In this document: positions 9,369 to 17,072 of the stretch, in pieces
Position numbering within the stretch: position 1 is the first letter of the stretch
How the letters are laid out: each line of letters starts with the position of its first letter
IMG/VR virus record: IMGVR_UViG_3300050331_000089
Span: 1 to 37,171 of that record
Source: a virus
Taxonomy: Duplodnaviria; Caudoviricetes
Strand: one strand, 5' to 3'
Length of the DNA stretch: 37,171 nucleotides
The notes under the pieces: model-generated
The model's input: only the letters and a program-made list of their open reading frames with translations
What the model was told of the DNA's origin: nothing
Database searches by the model: none
Program-made: the position numbers and the translations under genes

Positions 9369-9839
9369 TCAGGACCTCGGGTCGAACCCGGTTGGGAATT
9401 GCGTCGCGTCGGAGATGTCGAAATCGGTGTTCAAAGCAAGGGCCAGTCGATCGCGCGCCGCCTGAAGGTGAGGGAATCCTCGCGACAGTTCTCGCCACAT
9501 CTGCCGTGCTAGTGGGAGTAGTTCGCCGCGAATGGCAGCGCGCATCGTATGGGCCCAGATCATCATGGCCGATGCTGCGGTCTGGTTTCCATTGCGCCGA
9601 TAGCCTTCTATGAGGCGCACGAGGCGCAGGGCAATATCCGGCTTGTGCAGCATGAGGGAATGCGGGTTCAGCATGTCGTTTCCTTCCTGCTCCATCCCGT
9701 GCCGAACGTGCGTCGCCAAGACAACGAGTTCGGCGATCTCTTCCTGGGTTAGCGAGGCCAAGACCGCGAGCAGTGATTGAAGCTCTGCCACTTGGCGCTT
9801 CAACACTCGGCGATCAATCCAGCGAAAGAATGGGTTCAT
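9369..9839 (-). CDS. Hypothetical protein downstream of cI
   Basis: 156-aa helical ORF with visibly lower GC than the rest of the phage; co-oriented with cI. Confidence 0.72.
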   Translation of the reverse strand: MNPFFRWIDRRVLKRQVAELQSLLAVLASLTQEEIAELVVLATHVRHGMEQEGNDMLNPHSLMLHKPDIALRLVRLIEGYRRNGNQTAASAMMIWAHTMRAAIRGELLPLARQMWRELSRGFPHLQAARDRLALALNTDFDISDATQFPTGFDPRS

Positions 9840-9905
9840 GGGAGAGACGGTAGATCCCCGATGAATGCATCTCTATAGTCGGCCAGGAAGTACACCCGCG
9901 CCGGC

Positions 9906-10394
9906 TCAACCGGCCTTGCTTTTTCGAGGCGGCCGACCCCTGCGTTCGAGTCGGCTCACGTGGTCTTCGAGGGCCTCCTCGACATCACGCTTCTGATCGT
10001 CGTCGAGTCGGCGGAAGCGCTGGTAAAGCTTCGCACTGAAGGGCCACGACATGGCCTCGCGGACATGGGTGGCGATCGAATGTGTGCCCCCGTTCACGGA
10101 GCCTTGAGCATCGTCAGAGGCCGGCACGCTCGAATCATTCGGCGCATCAAGCCATAGCGGAGGGAGGATGAAGCGATCCGCGCCAGGCCGCTGTGCGAGC
10201 GACTCCCGGAGGTTCGCCTCAAGCGCGCGCGCGACCTTCTCGCCGAACGATTTTCGGCCCGCGATCATGTCTGCCACTTGGGACCCTGCCCGCTGAACCG
10301 CCCTGGCAAGCGCAGCTTCGTTCCCCCCGAACCACCGATCTGCCGCTTCACGCAGGCGTCGCCGCCGTATGGCCACTACCCCGTCCGAATCCAT
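9906..10394 (-). CDS. cI: CI-like repressor (HTH, no S24 autopeptidase domain seen)
   Basis: Divergent from cro across the operators; RRRRLRE..DRWFGGNEAALARAV...SQVADMIAGRKSFGEKVARALE HTH; short WPF-containing C-terminal domain. Start at MDSDG is inferred. Confidence 0.8.
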   Translation of the reverse strand: MDSDGVVAIRRRRLREAADRWFGGNEAALARAVQRAGSQVADMIAGRKSFGEKVARALEANLRESLAQRPGADRFILPPLWLDAPNDSSVPASDDAQGSVNGGTHSIATHVREAMSWPFSAKLYQRFRRLDDDQKRDVEEALEDHVSRLERRGRPPRKSKAG

Positions 10395-10413
10395 GCCGGC
10401 ATTTGACCAGCAG

Positions 10414-10467
10414 CGCACCATTCGGTGAATTCCCCGGATGGTGTTGTGAAATACACCGGACGGTGTA
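10414..10467. promoter_or_regulatory. oR: three repressor operators
   Basis: CGCACC-ATTC-GGTGAA (10414-10429), TTCCCC-GGAT-GGTGTT (10430-10445), TACACC-GGAC-GGTGTA (10452-10467). Confidence 0.85.
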
Positions 10468-10471
10468 GAAT
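10444..10471 (+). promoter_or_regulatory. Rightward early promoter pR
   Basis: TTGTGA, 16-nt spacer, TAGAAT ending 8 nt before the cro ATG, so the mRNA is probably leaderless or nearly so. Confidence 0.65.
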
Positions 10472-10479
10472 CGGGGCTC

Positions 10480-10746
10480 ATGAACCTGCGCACCTACCTA
10501 TCGTCTTTACCTGATGCCGAGGCGCGAGTGGGTTTCGCGACGAGATGCGGCACCACGCTCGGCCACCTGCGGAACGTGGCCGGCGGCCACAAACCATGCG
10601 GCGAGTCGCTGGCGATCAACATCGAGCGCGAGTCCGGCGGCGTGGTTCGATGCGAGGACCTGTGCCCGGACGTCGACTGGGCGTACCTGCGAGGGACCGG
10701 CACCCCCGCCATCCCCGAGCCCGCCGGGGCGGAGAGGGTCGCCTGA
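10480..10746 (+). CDS. cro: Cro-like regulator (YdaS family)
   Basis: FATRCGTTLGHLRNVA.G...LAINIERESGGVVRCEDLCPDVDWAYLR. Confidence 0.9.
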   Translation: MNLRTYLSSLPDAEARVGFATRCGTTLGHLRNVAGGHKPCGESLAINIERESGGVVRCEDLCPDVDWAYLRGTGTPAIPEPAGAERVA

Positions 10747-10818
10747 GGTCGTGTTGTCCATGCCAGGCATCCTCGCGCTCGACCATGTGAAGGCACCGTA
10801 CGCCCGGAGGTACGACGC

Positions 10819-11187
10819 ATGGCGGTGAACCAGCTCACTCTCGATTTCACGCCCGGGCTGACCGCGCAGTACCGGTCGTTGCGGGAGGTGACGGCCGCCA
10901 CGGTCTACGCCTCACGCAAGGGCGTGGCCGGCGTCGCCGGCGACATCGACATGGCGCCCACGGACCTCACGAAGCGCCTGAACCTCGAAGGTTCCGAGCC
11001 GCGGCCGCTGCGCGTCGACGACTTCGAGGGAATCCTCGCCTCGACGAACGACTACCGGCCGATCTACTGGCTGATCGAGCGGTTTTTGCGCGACCCGGAA
11101 TCGGTCAAGCAGCAAGCGGTGTCGCAGATCGCGACGCTGCTGCCTCAGCTCTCGGAGCTGATCCGGCAGGCGGGGATCAAGGCATGA
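10819..11187 (+). CDS. CII-like regulatory protein
   Basis: Position after cro; QLTLDF.PGL...VAGDIDMAPTDLTKRL HTH-like segment; GGAGG RBS. Confidence 0.65.
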   Translation: MAVNQLTLDFTPGLTAQYRSLREVTAATVYASRKGVAGVAGDIDMAPTDLTKRLNLEGSEPRPLRVDDFEGILASTNDYRPIYWLIERFLRDPESVKQQAVSQIATLLPQLSELIRQAGIKA

Positions 11188-11258
11188 CCTACAAGCCCCG
11201 CGCTCGATGAGCGCGGCGCAGATCTTAAACCGCGCCAGTCGGCGCAATGGAGAGTGCG

Positions 11259-11453
11259 ATGACGAAACGAGTGCGTATCGAGAACGCGGACACGTCCAGC
11301 TACAAGGTGGTCGTTCAGGTGTGGGACAAGGGTTACCCGGAAGGGACGTCCGACACGCTGGCGCGCGAGGTCACGCTGTCGAACCCGTGCGACATCACCG
11401 GGCCGGACGTGTACATCACCGACTCGCGGTATCTCGTTATCAAGGAAGCGTAG
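11259..11453 (+). CDS. Small phage hypothetical protein
   Basis: MTKRVRIENADTSSYKVVVQVWDK; GGAG RBS. Confidence 0.7.
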   Translation: MTKRVRIENADTSSYKVVVQVWDKGYPEGTSDTLAREVTLSNPCDITGPDVYITDSRYLVIKEA

Positions 11454-11484
11454 GCGGAATGCACGAGCCCGCGGAGGCGCCGAC

Positions 11485-13173
11485 GTGCTGACGCCTCAAT
11501 TCCTGCTGCCGATCGCCGACGAGATCGTCGTCGACCTGTTCGCCGGCGGCGGCGGTATGTCCACCGCGATCGAGCAGGCGATCGGCCGGCACGTCGACAT
11601 CGCCGCGAACCACGACGACGACGCGACGTCGATGCACCGGGTGAACCACCCGCAGACGCGGCACTTCGTCGCCGACGTTTTCGAGATCGACCCGCGCGGC
11701 GCGACGCAGGGACGTCCGGTCGGGCTGCTGCACCTTTCGCCCGACTGCACGCACCACAGCCAGGCCGCCGGCGGGCAGCCGCGCGATCGCAAGATTCGCG
11801 CGCTCTCGTGGGTCGGGCTGCGGTGGGCCGGGCAGGTGAGGCCGCGCATCATCACGCTCGAGAACGTCGGGCAGATCCGGAAATGGGGCCCTCTCGTCGC
11901 AAAGCGTGACCGGGCGACCGGCCGCGTCATGAAGCTCGACGGCACGATTGCTGCGCCCGGCGAACGCGTGCCGGTGCAGCAGCAGTACCTCGTGCCCGAC
12001 CCGAAGCGAGCCGGCCGCACGTGGCAGCGCTTCCTCGCGCTACTGCGCGCCGAGGGCTACGCGGTCGAGCATCGCATCCTGTGCGCGGCCGACTACGGCG
12101 CGCCGACGACGCGCGAGCGGCTGTTCCTCGTCGCGCGGCACGATGGCCTGCCGATCCGCTGGCCCGAGCCGACGCATCACAAGAAGCCGGCGAAGGGCCA
12201 GCAGCGGTGGAGAGCCGCCGCCGAGTGCATCGACTGGGCGATCCCGTGCCCGAGCATTTTCGAGCGTCCGCGACCGTTGGCCGACGCGACGCTGCGCCGG
12301 ATCGCCCGCGGCGTTCAGCGCTACGTGCTTGAGGCGGCCGAGCCGTTCATCGTGCCGATCGCCAACTGGTCGCGCGACGCCGCGCAGCCGACGTCGGAGC
12401 CGCTGCGCACCGTCACGGCCTGGCCGAAGGGCGGCTCGTTCGCGGTCGTTTCGCCGACGCTCGTGCAGACCGGCTACGGCGAGCGTGACGGTCAGGCGCC
12501 GCGTGCGCTCGACCTTGAGGATCCGCTCGGCACGATCGTCGCCGGCGGCCAGAAGCATGCGCTCGTCTCCGCGTTCCTCGCGCAGATGAACGGGGGGTTC
12601 AACGACGAACGCGGGGCGCCGGGTCACGACGCGCGCCGGCCCATGTCGACCGTCAATACGAAGGGCGCGAATCAGCAGCTCGTCGCGGCGCACCTCGCGC
12701 ACCTACGCGGCAACTGCGATGCGCGCTCGGTCGACGACCCGCTGCGCACCCTGAGCGCCGGCGGCGAACATCACGCGATCGTCGAGTGCACGCTCTCGCC
12801 AGAGCTCGAGGCGGGGGCGCTGCGGGTGGCGGCGTTCTTGCTTCGCTACCACGGCACCGGCGGGCAGTGGTCCGACGCGCGAGATCCGATGACGTCGATC
12901 ACCACGCGCGACCGCCTGGCGCTGGTCACGGTGCTGATTCGGGGCACGCCGTACGTGATCGTCGACATTGGCTTGAGGATGTTGCAACCACGCGAGCTGT
13001 ATCTCGCGCAGGGCTTCCCCGCCAGCTACATCATCGACCGCGGCCACGACGGGCGGCGGTTCACGAAGAGCGCGCAGGTCCGCATGGTGGGCAACTCCGT
13101 CTCACCGCCGCCGGCTATCGCGCTCATCCGATCGAATTGGCTCGTTGGAAGCGAGCAAAGGGCCGCCGCGTGA
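11485..13173 (+). CDS. DNA cytosine-5 methyltransferase (orphan)
   Basis: Motif I DLFAGGGG, catalytic SPDC, LENV, YGAPTTRERLF, RML.PREL..AQGFP, GNSVSPP. Confidence 0.93.
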   Translation: MLTPQFLLPIADEIVVDLFAGGGGMSTAIEQAIGRHVDIAANHDDDATSMHRVNHPQTRHFVADVFEIDPRGATQGRPVGLLHLSPDCTHHSQAAGGQPRDRKIRALSWVGLRWAGQVRPRIITLENVGQIRKWGPLVAKRDRATGRVMKLDGTIAAPGERVPVQQQYLVPDPKRAGRTWQRFLALLRAEGYAVEHRILCAADYGAPTTRERLFLVARHDGLPIRWPEPTHHKKPAKGQQRWRAAAECIDWAIPCPSIFERPRPLADATLRRIARGVQRYVLEAAEPFIVPIANWSRDAAQPTSEPLRTVTAWPKGGSFAVVSPTLVQTGYGERDGQAPRALDLEDPLGTIVAGGQKHALVSAFLAQMNGGFNDERGAPGHDARRPMSTVNTKGANQQLVAAHLAHLRGNCDARSVDDPLRTLSAGGEHHAIVECTLSPELEAGALRVAAFLLRYHGTGGQWSDARDPMTSITTRDRLALVTVLIRGTPYVIVDIGLRMLQPRELYLAQGFPASYIIDRGHDGRRFTKSAQVRMVGNSVSPPPAIALIRSNWLVGSEQRAAA

Positions 13174-13400
13174 TCGATCAGACCGTCATCGCTCTGTGCG
13201 GCGTCTCGTCCCTCTGGCTCTCGCAGTCGGCGGAGTTCAACGCGCGACGGTGGGCTCCGATCATCGGCCTCGTCGCGCAGCCGGCGTGGCTCTACGCCTC
13301 GATCACCGCAGAGCAGTGGGGCGTGGCAGCGCTCTCCGTTGTCTACGCAGTTGGCTGGGTTCGGGGCCTGCGCACGTACTGGTTCGCGAGGGCGGCATGA
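13170..13400 (+). CDS. Small multi-pass membrane protein
   Basis: MIDQTVIALCGVSSLWL...WAPIIGLVAQPAWLY.....QWGV; about three hydrophobic helices; 4-nt overlaps on both sides. Confidence 0.75.
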   Translation: MIDQTVIALCGVSSLWLSQSAEFNARRWAPIIGLVAQPAWLYASITAEQWGVAALSVVYAVGWVRGLRTYWFARAA

Positions 13401-13789
13401 CAGATCGTCACCAAGTTCGCGCCACACGGCGCCCGCTCACCGAGCGGAGGCAGCAGATCGTCGACTTCATGCTGATGCACGCCGCGCCGGTCACGTTCGC
13501 GCAGCTCTGCGAGGCCACGGGTCTGGCGCACTCGTCGATGGTGCGGCACATGGGGGCCATGGAGCGCGAACGGATCGTCAGGCGAGCCGGGCTCGTGCAC
13601 ACGGGGCGCGCAGGTCGGTGCTCGATCCTGTGGGCGCCAACCGGCATCGAGCTGGGCCCGGGCGCCCTGGGCGGCACAGACGGCTCGCCGGTGATCGCGT
13701 GGACCGCGCAGCAGGCGCTGCGCACGGCCGATCTTCCGCATCGGGCGGTCTCGCAGGCGGCACGTGAAGCGGCGAGGGCGGGGCGGTGA
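13397..13789 (+). CDS. Winged-helix DNA-binding protein
   Basis: LTERRQQIVDFM....PVTFAQLCEATGLAHSSMVRHMGAME...IVRR....TGRAGR. Confidence 0.75.
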   Translation: MTDRHQVRATRRPLTERRQQIVDFMLMHAAPVTFAQLCEATGLAHSSMVRHMGAMERERIVRRAGLVHTGRAGRCSILWAPTGIELGPGALGGTDGSPVIAWTAQQALRTADLPHRAVSQAAREAARAGR

Positions 13790-14745
13790 ATTACTACGAG
13801 CACCACATCGGGGATTTCCTCAAGCGTGCGGCGCACCTGTCAGCCCTCGAGGAGGGCATCTATCGCCGCCTGCGCGACGTCTATTACACGATCGAGGGGC
13901 CGCTACCCGCCGATGTGCGTGAGTGCTGCCGGCGCGCTCGTGCAGTCACGAAGGTAGAGCGTGATGCCGTCTCATCCGTCCTGGACGAATTCTTCGAGCT
14001 TCGCGACGACGGATGGCACGAGGATGTCGTCGACGAGGAGATCGCCCGGTACCACTCGAAGCAGCCTGAGGCCGAGGCGAAGAAAGAGAACGACCGCGAG
14101 CGCCAGCGCCGGGCAAGGGAGCGCCGCAAGCAGCTCTTCGACGAACTGCGCGGTCACGGAATCGTCGCGCCATGGGACGCCACGACCGAGCAATTGCAGG
14201 ACGCACTGTCACGCGCGACGAGTGCAACCGGTCACGACGCACGAAGCGCGCCCGTCACGCAACCCGTCACGCGTGACAACACGGCTACCCACTCCCCACT
14301 ACCCACTACCCAACAACCAGAGAGCGCTGCGCGCTCTTCGCGCGGGCCCGCGCGTGAGCCGCCGGAACCGACCCTTGCCGGACAGGCATGCCGGCTCATG
14401 CGCCAAGCCGGCGCGGTCGGCGTGAACCCGAGCGATCCGAGGCTGCTGCAGCTGCTTTCGCAAGGCGTGACGCCGCAGCAGCTCGGCGACTTGGCCACCG
14501 AACTGCGCGAGTCGAAGGGTCCGCCGAAGGCCGCCTACGTGTTGGCCACGATGGAGGGCCGACTGCGCGACGCCGCCGCCATGCCGCAGCACCCGCCAGG
14601 TACCGCGCAGCGCGCCGGTGAACGCCGCACCGGCTCGGCGTTCGGCGACGAGATCGACCGCATTTCGGCGGCAATCGACGGCCGCACGAAGCCCGCGAAA
14701 CCCGAACCCGTGACGATCGACGTGGAGGCCCGCCGTGTCGGATGA
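13786..14745 (+). CDS. Replication initiator, YdaU/DUF1376 family (O-like)
   Basis: MNYYEHHIGDF...AHLS.LEEGIYRRL.D.YY..E.PLP; internal iteron-like repeats. Confidence 0.88.
   Translation: MNYYEHHIGDFLKRAAHLSALEEGIYRRLRDVYYTIEGPLPADVRECCRRARAVTKVERDAVSSVLDEFFELRDDGWHEDVVDEEIARYHSKQPEAEAKKENDRERQRRARERRKQLFDELRGHGIVAPWDATTEQLQDALSRATSATGHDARSAPVTQPVTRDNTATHSPLPTTQQPESAARSSRGPAREPPEPTLAGQACRLMRQAGAVGVNPSDPRLLQLLSQGVTPQQLGDLATELRESKGPPKAAYVLATMEGRLRDAAAMPQHPPGTAQRAGERRTGSAFGDEIDRISAAIDGRTKPAKPEPVTIDVEARRVG
14153..14312. repeat. Putative replication origin iterons
   Basis: GTCACG at 14153, 14208, 14231, 14254 and 14266 (the last forms the palindrome GTCACGCGTGAC), then 4x CT(A/C)CCCA in tandem at 14285-14312. 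Confidence 0.6.
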
Positions 14746-15379
14746 CCCGAAGCACCGAACGATCGGAGCGCAGGCGTTCGCCAAGCTGCGCGCCACCTGG
14801 GGAACGCGCTTCCTCGCGCTGTGGCGCGGTGCGGACATGGACGAGGTGCTGTCGACCTGGGACGAGGCGCTCGCCGGCATCGACCCCGAGCGCATCCAAC
14901 GCGCGCTCGTCGACTGCCAGCACGCCGAGAACCCGCCGACGCTGCCCGAATTCCTGCGCCTGTGCCGAGCAGCGCCGTCCTCGGCCGATCACGCCGCGCC
15001 GCGGCTGCCCTACGTCGGCGCGCTGACGACGCGTGAGCAGGCTCGCGAGAACCTCGGGCGTGTGCACGGGATGTTCGGCGCCATCGGCCGGAACGCGCGA
15101 CGCGATCCGCTCTTCTGGGCCCGGCGGCCGATAAGCGCCAGGGCCGTGCAGCTGCTCGCTCGCGGCGCGTTCACCGACCATCGGCTGCGAACGATCCTGC
15201 TCGAGCACATGGACGAAGGCGGCACGCGCTGCCGTTCGGACGAGGCCGTGCAGGCACTGCTCGCGCTCATGGAGGTGGGCGTGATCGACCGGCTGCGGAC
15301 GGGCGAGAACGTGCCGCCGTGGGATCCCGAGAACGAGCCCGACGTCGCGCGCGCAGGCGCATTTGCGGAGCCGGCATGA
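14735..15379 (+). CDS. Replication protein P-like (helicase loader)
   Basis: F..L...WG.RF...W......V...W...LAG......I.RAL......PPTLPEFLRLCR; follows the initiator. Confidence 0.7.
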   Translation: MSDDPKHRTIGAQAFAKLRATWGTRFLALWRGADMDEVLSTWDEALAGIDPERIQRALVDCQHAENPPTLPEFLRLCRAAPSSADHAAPRLPYVGALTTREQARENLGRVHGMFGAIGRNARRDPLFWARRPISARAVQLLARGAFTDHRLRTILLEHMDEGGTRCRSDEAVQALLALMEVGVIDRLRTGENVPPWDPENEPDVARAGAFAEPA

Positions 15380-15459
15380 CGCTCGAGAGCGTGCTCATCG
15401 TGTACGCCATCGGCTTCGGTCTCGGCTATCTCCTCGGTCGATTGCATGAGGAAAGGTGA
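15376..15459 (+). CDS. 27-aa membrane peptide
   Basis: MTLESVLIVYAIGFGLGYLLGRLHEER; ATGA overlap, GGAG RBS. Confidence 0.5.
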   Translation: MTLESVLIVYAIGFGLGYLLGRLHEER

Positions 15460-15463
15460 CGGC

Positions 15464-15643
15464 ATGACCCGCCTCGAGCACACCGACTGCCCCGCCTGCG
15501 CGCACTACCGCGAGGAGCCGCGCTACGGCGGCACGCCGACCTGCGCGAAGGCGACGCATCCGCACGGCAAGGGTGCGCAGGTCGCGTGCGTGGTGAGCTG
15601 GGAGCGGTGCAACGGCAAACACTTCGAGGCGAAGCGATGCTGA
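15464..15643 (+). CDS. Small Cys-rich (probably Zn-binding) protein
   Basis: MTRLEHTDCPACAHY...C...C....RC; tiles the operon. Confidence 0.6.
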   Translation: MTRLEHTDCPACAHYREEPRYGGTPTCAKATHPHGKGAQVACVVSWERCNGKHFEAKRC

Positions 15644-16125
15644 TCCTCGGCATCGACCCGGGCGTGAGCGGTGCGCTCGCCCTGCTGTGCACGCAGCGTG
15701 GGCTGCTCGAGCTCGGCAACGTGCCGACCTGCGGTAACGGCACGGAGGCCGCAACCGTCTCGCGCGAGGTCGACGCGCGCGCCACGCACGAGCTGCTTCG
15801 CGAGTGGTGGACGCGGCACGGCGCCGTGACCGAGTACGCGCTCGCGATGATCGAGCGCCCGCAGGCGATGCGCGGGTCGGTCACGGCGTTGAGCCAGGGC
15901 GACAGCTACGGGGCGTTGCGCGCCGTCGCCGCGGCGTGGGCGCAGCGCGTCGACCGCGTGAACCCGGCAACGTGGAAGCGCCGCTTCGGGCTCTACGGCA
16001 AGGGCAAGCCGGCATCCGTCGAGGTCGCGCGCCGGCTGTACGGCGATGCGCTGCCGAAGCGGCTGCGGAACGACCTGGCCGAGGCGCTGCTGATCGCGCA
16101 CTTCGCGCGCATGGAGCAGGCGTGA
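15637..16125 (+). CDS. ruvC: RuvC-like Holliday junction resolvase
   Basis: MLILGIDPGVSGALA, IERPQ, G.SYG, V.PATWK, D.AEALLIA. Confidence 0.88.
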   Translation: MLILGIDPGVSGALALLCTQRGLLELGNVPTCGNGTEAATVSREVDARATHELLREWWTRHGAVTEYALAMIERPQAMRGSVTALSQGDSYGALRAVAAAWAQRVDRVNPATWKRRFGLYGKGKPASVEVARRLYGDALPKRLRNDLAEALLIAHFARMEQA

Positions 16126-16232
16126 TGGTCCCCGCCTGCGCCAGCGCCTTCCTCGTCGGTGTGCTGCTCGGCGCAATCGTGGCGCTGGTCGCCGGCGCCT
16201 GGTGGCTCGTGCACGGCTGGTCCGGGGACTGA
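16125..16232 (+). CDS. 35-aa membrane peptide
   Basis: MVPACASAFLVGVLLGAIVALVAGAWWLVHGWSGD; TGATG coupling at both ends. Confidence 0.5.
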   Translation: MVPACASAFLVGVLLGAIVALVAGAWWLVHGWSGD

Positions 16233-16471
16233 TGAGCGAGCAGGTCGTCGACTGGTTCCGGATGCTGGCCGATCTGCTGAAGGCCGGGAAGCCCCGCTCG
16301 ACGGTTTCACGCGAAACCGGCATCCCCGTTTCTACGCTGCGCGGCTGGTGGCTGCACGAATCCGAGCCGCGCCACTACCACGGCGAGCAGCTCATCGCCT
16401 ACTGGTGCCGCATCATGGGCAAATGTCGGGATTCCGTTCCGGTGCGGCGCCGATACTCGCGCCTGCACTGA
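16232..16471 (+). CDS. HTH protein, probable late-gene transcription regulator
   Basis: VDWFRMLADL...G.....VSRETGIPVSTLRGW....SEPRHYHGEQLI..W; last gene before the virion operon; contains the first late motif. Confidence 0.7.
   Translation: MSEQVVDWFRMLADLLKAGKPRSTVSRETGIPVSTLRGWWLHESEPRHYHGEQLIAYWCRIMGKCRDSVPVRRRYSRLH
16422..16457 (+). promoter_or_regulatory. Putative late promoter 1
   Basis: AATGTCGGGATTCCGTT followed by -10-like GATACT (16452-16457). Confidence 0.6.
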
Positions 16472-16516
16472 CTCACTCCTGACCCCGCCTGCCCGGCGAC
16501 GACTTGAGGAACACGC

Positions 16517-16873
16517 ATGGCGACGCAGCCCCGCAGAATCCAGACCCCTGGCGAGCCGGTCAACCCGAGCATGCCGCCAGACGCCGGCGAGCCCGATGCC
16601 GTCGAGCTCACGCCCGAGGAAATGGCCGAGCAGCTCGCCCAGCTCAAGGAGCTCACGCAGCGTCAGGCCGAGCAGCTGCAGGCGGTGCAGGACGCGCAAG
16701 CCGCGCGCGAGGCGAACAGCCAGGCGGGTCGACTGCGTGCCGAGCAGCGCACGAGCGAACTGTCGCAGGAACAGGCGCTCGTCGAAGCGAACAGGCGCGG
16801 GCGCTCCGTGCTCTCGCGTGACGGTTGGGTCGCGCCGACCAAGTTCGAGCCGCTGCCGGCGAACTTGCGGTAA
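16517..16873 (+). CDS. Conserved podophage protein, first gene of the late operon
   Basis: GAGGA RBS; IQTPGE...SVLSRDGWVAP. Confidence 0.75.
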   Translation: MATQPRRIQTPGEPVNPSMPPDAGEPDAVELTPEEMAEQLAQLKELTQRQAEQLQAVQDAQAAREANSQAGRLRAEQRTSELSQEQALVEANRRGRSVLSRDGWVAPTKFEPLPANLR

Positions 16874-16880
16874 CGCGGCC

Positions 16881-17072
16881 ATGTGTTTCAAGGCCCCGAA
16901 GGTGGCCACGCGCGACCCGGCTGCAGACGCCGAGAAAGCCGCGGCCGAGGCCCAGCAGAGGGCGAACGCCGAGACCGCGCTCGCCCGCCAGCGCAAGCGC
17001 CGCTCGGCGCTCGAAACCGGAGCCGGCGCGGCGATCGCTCAGGCCGGCCAGCGCAAGCTCGGCGGGGACTGA
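16881..17072 (+). CDS. Small virion protein preceding the portal (T7 gp6.7/7.3-like position)
   Basis: MCFKAPKV...RKRRSALETG...KLGG; abuts the portal start. Confidence 0.75.
   Translation: MCFKAPKVATRDPAADAEKAAAEAQQRANAETALARQRKRRSALETGAGAAIAQAGQRKLGGD

Noticed and set aside
7235-10467. Repeats as a CRISPR or other array
   Set aside because: They are short palindromes overlapping promoters, with no regular spacers and no cas genes; operators explain them.
10798-10814. GTACG-N7-GTACG direct repeat as a CII site/pRE
   Set aside because: Too short, spacing differs from known CII sites, and I found no second copy near int.
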